This document shows positions 63,721 through 64,000 of a DNA stretch of 64,000 bases, piece by piece. The stretch's first letter is position 1; each line of letters opens with the position of its first letter. The notes beneath the pieces were generated by a model, which was not told the origin of the DNA, made no database searches, and worked only from the letters and a program-made list of their open reading frames with translations. The stretch is from Octopus vulgaris (lineage: Eukaryota): the NCBI GenBank assembly GCA_951406725.2, contig OX597814.1, forward strand, positions 108,252,001 to 108,316,000, read 5' to 3'. The position numbers and the translations under genes were made by a program.

Positions 63721-64000
63721 GACCTGGCAGAATCATTAACACACTCAACAAAATGCTTAGCAGCATTTCATCCAGTCTTCGTGTTCTGAGCTCAAATTCC
63801 GCTGAGCTTGACTTTGCCTTTCGGGGTTGATAAATTAAGAACCAGTCAAGTATTGGGGTTGATGTGGTTGACTTAACCCTGCCCCACAAATTTCAGGCCT
63901 TGTCTCTATGGTAGAAAGGATTATTATTATTATTATTATGTATCAAGGAGGTATGGTGGTAGAGCTATTAGCACACTCAGCAAAAAATCTTAATGGCATT

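Overview
AT-rich, repeat-dense animal genomic DNA. The SINE and LINE complement and the microsatellite density point to a coleoid cephalopod, most likely Octopus (inference). Nearly all ORFs in the supplied track are microsatellite or SINE artefacts. Reading splice signals by eye gives four gene-related results. (1) Two coding exons of a CFAP90/C5orf49-like ciliary gene on + (44261-44407, 51588-51707); the last exon was not found and probably lies beyond the window. (2) A complete three-exon, 118-aa gene on - (62371-62239, 59662-59547, 58982-58875), apparently nested antisense inside CFAP90 intron 2. (3) A probable first coding exon and CpG-rich promoter of a - strand gene leaving the left edge. 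(4) Weaker candidate spliced transcripts with short or no ORFs. Mobile DNA includes several tRNA-derived SINE families (some with exact TSDs), RTE, CR1, Tx1/L1 and RLE-type LINE fragments, decayed mariner and maT/Tc1-like transposases, Helitrons, and piggyBac- and hAT-type MITEs. It also includes a minimal hammerhead ribozyme and a foldback insertion with a hammerhead-like apex and a 15-bp TSD. Repeat boundaries are approximate unless a TSD or TIR is quoted. All homology calls are from memory, not database searches.
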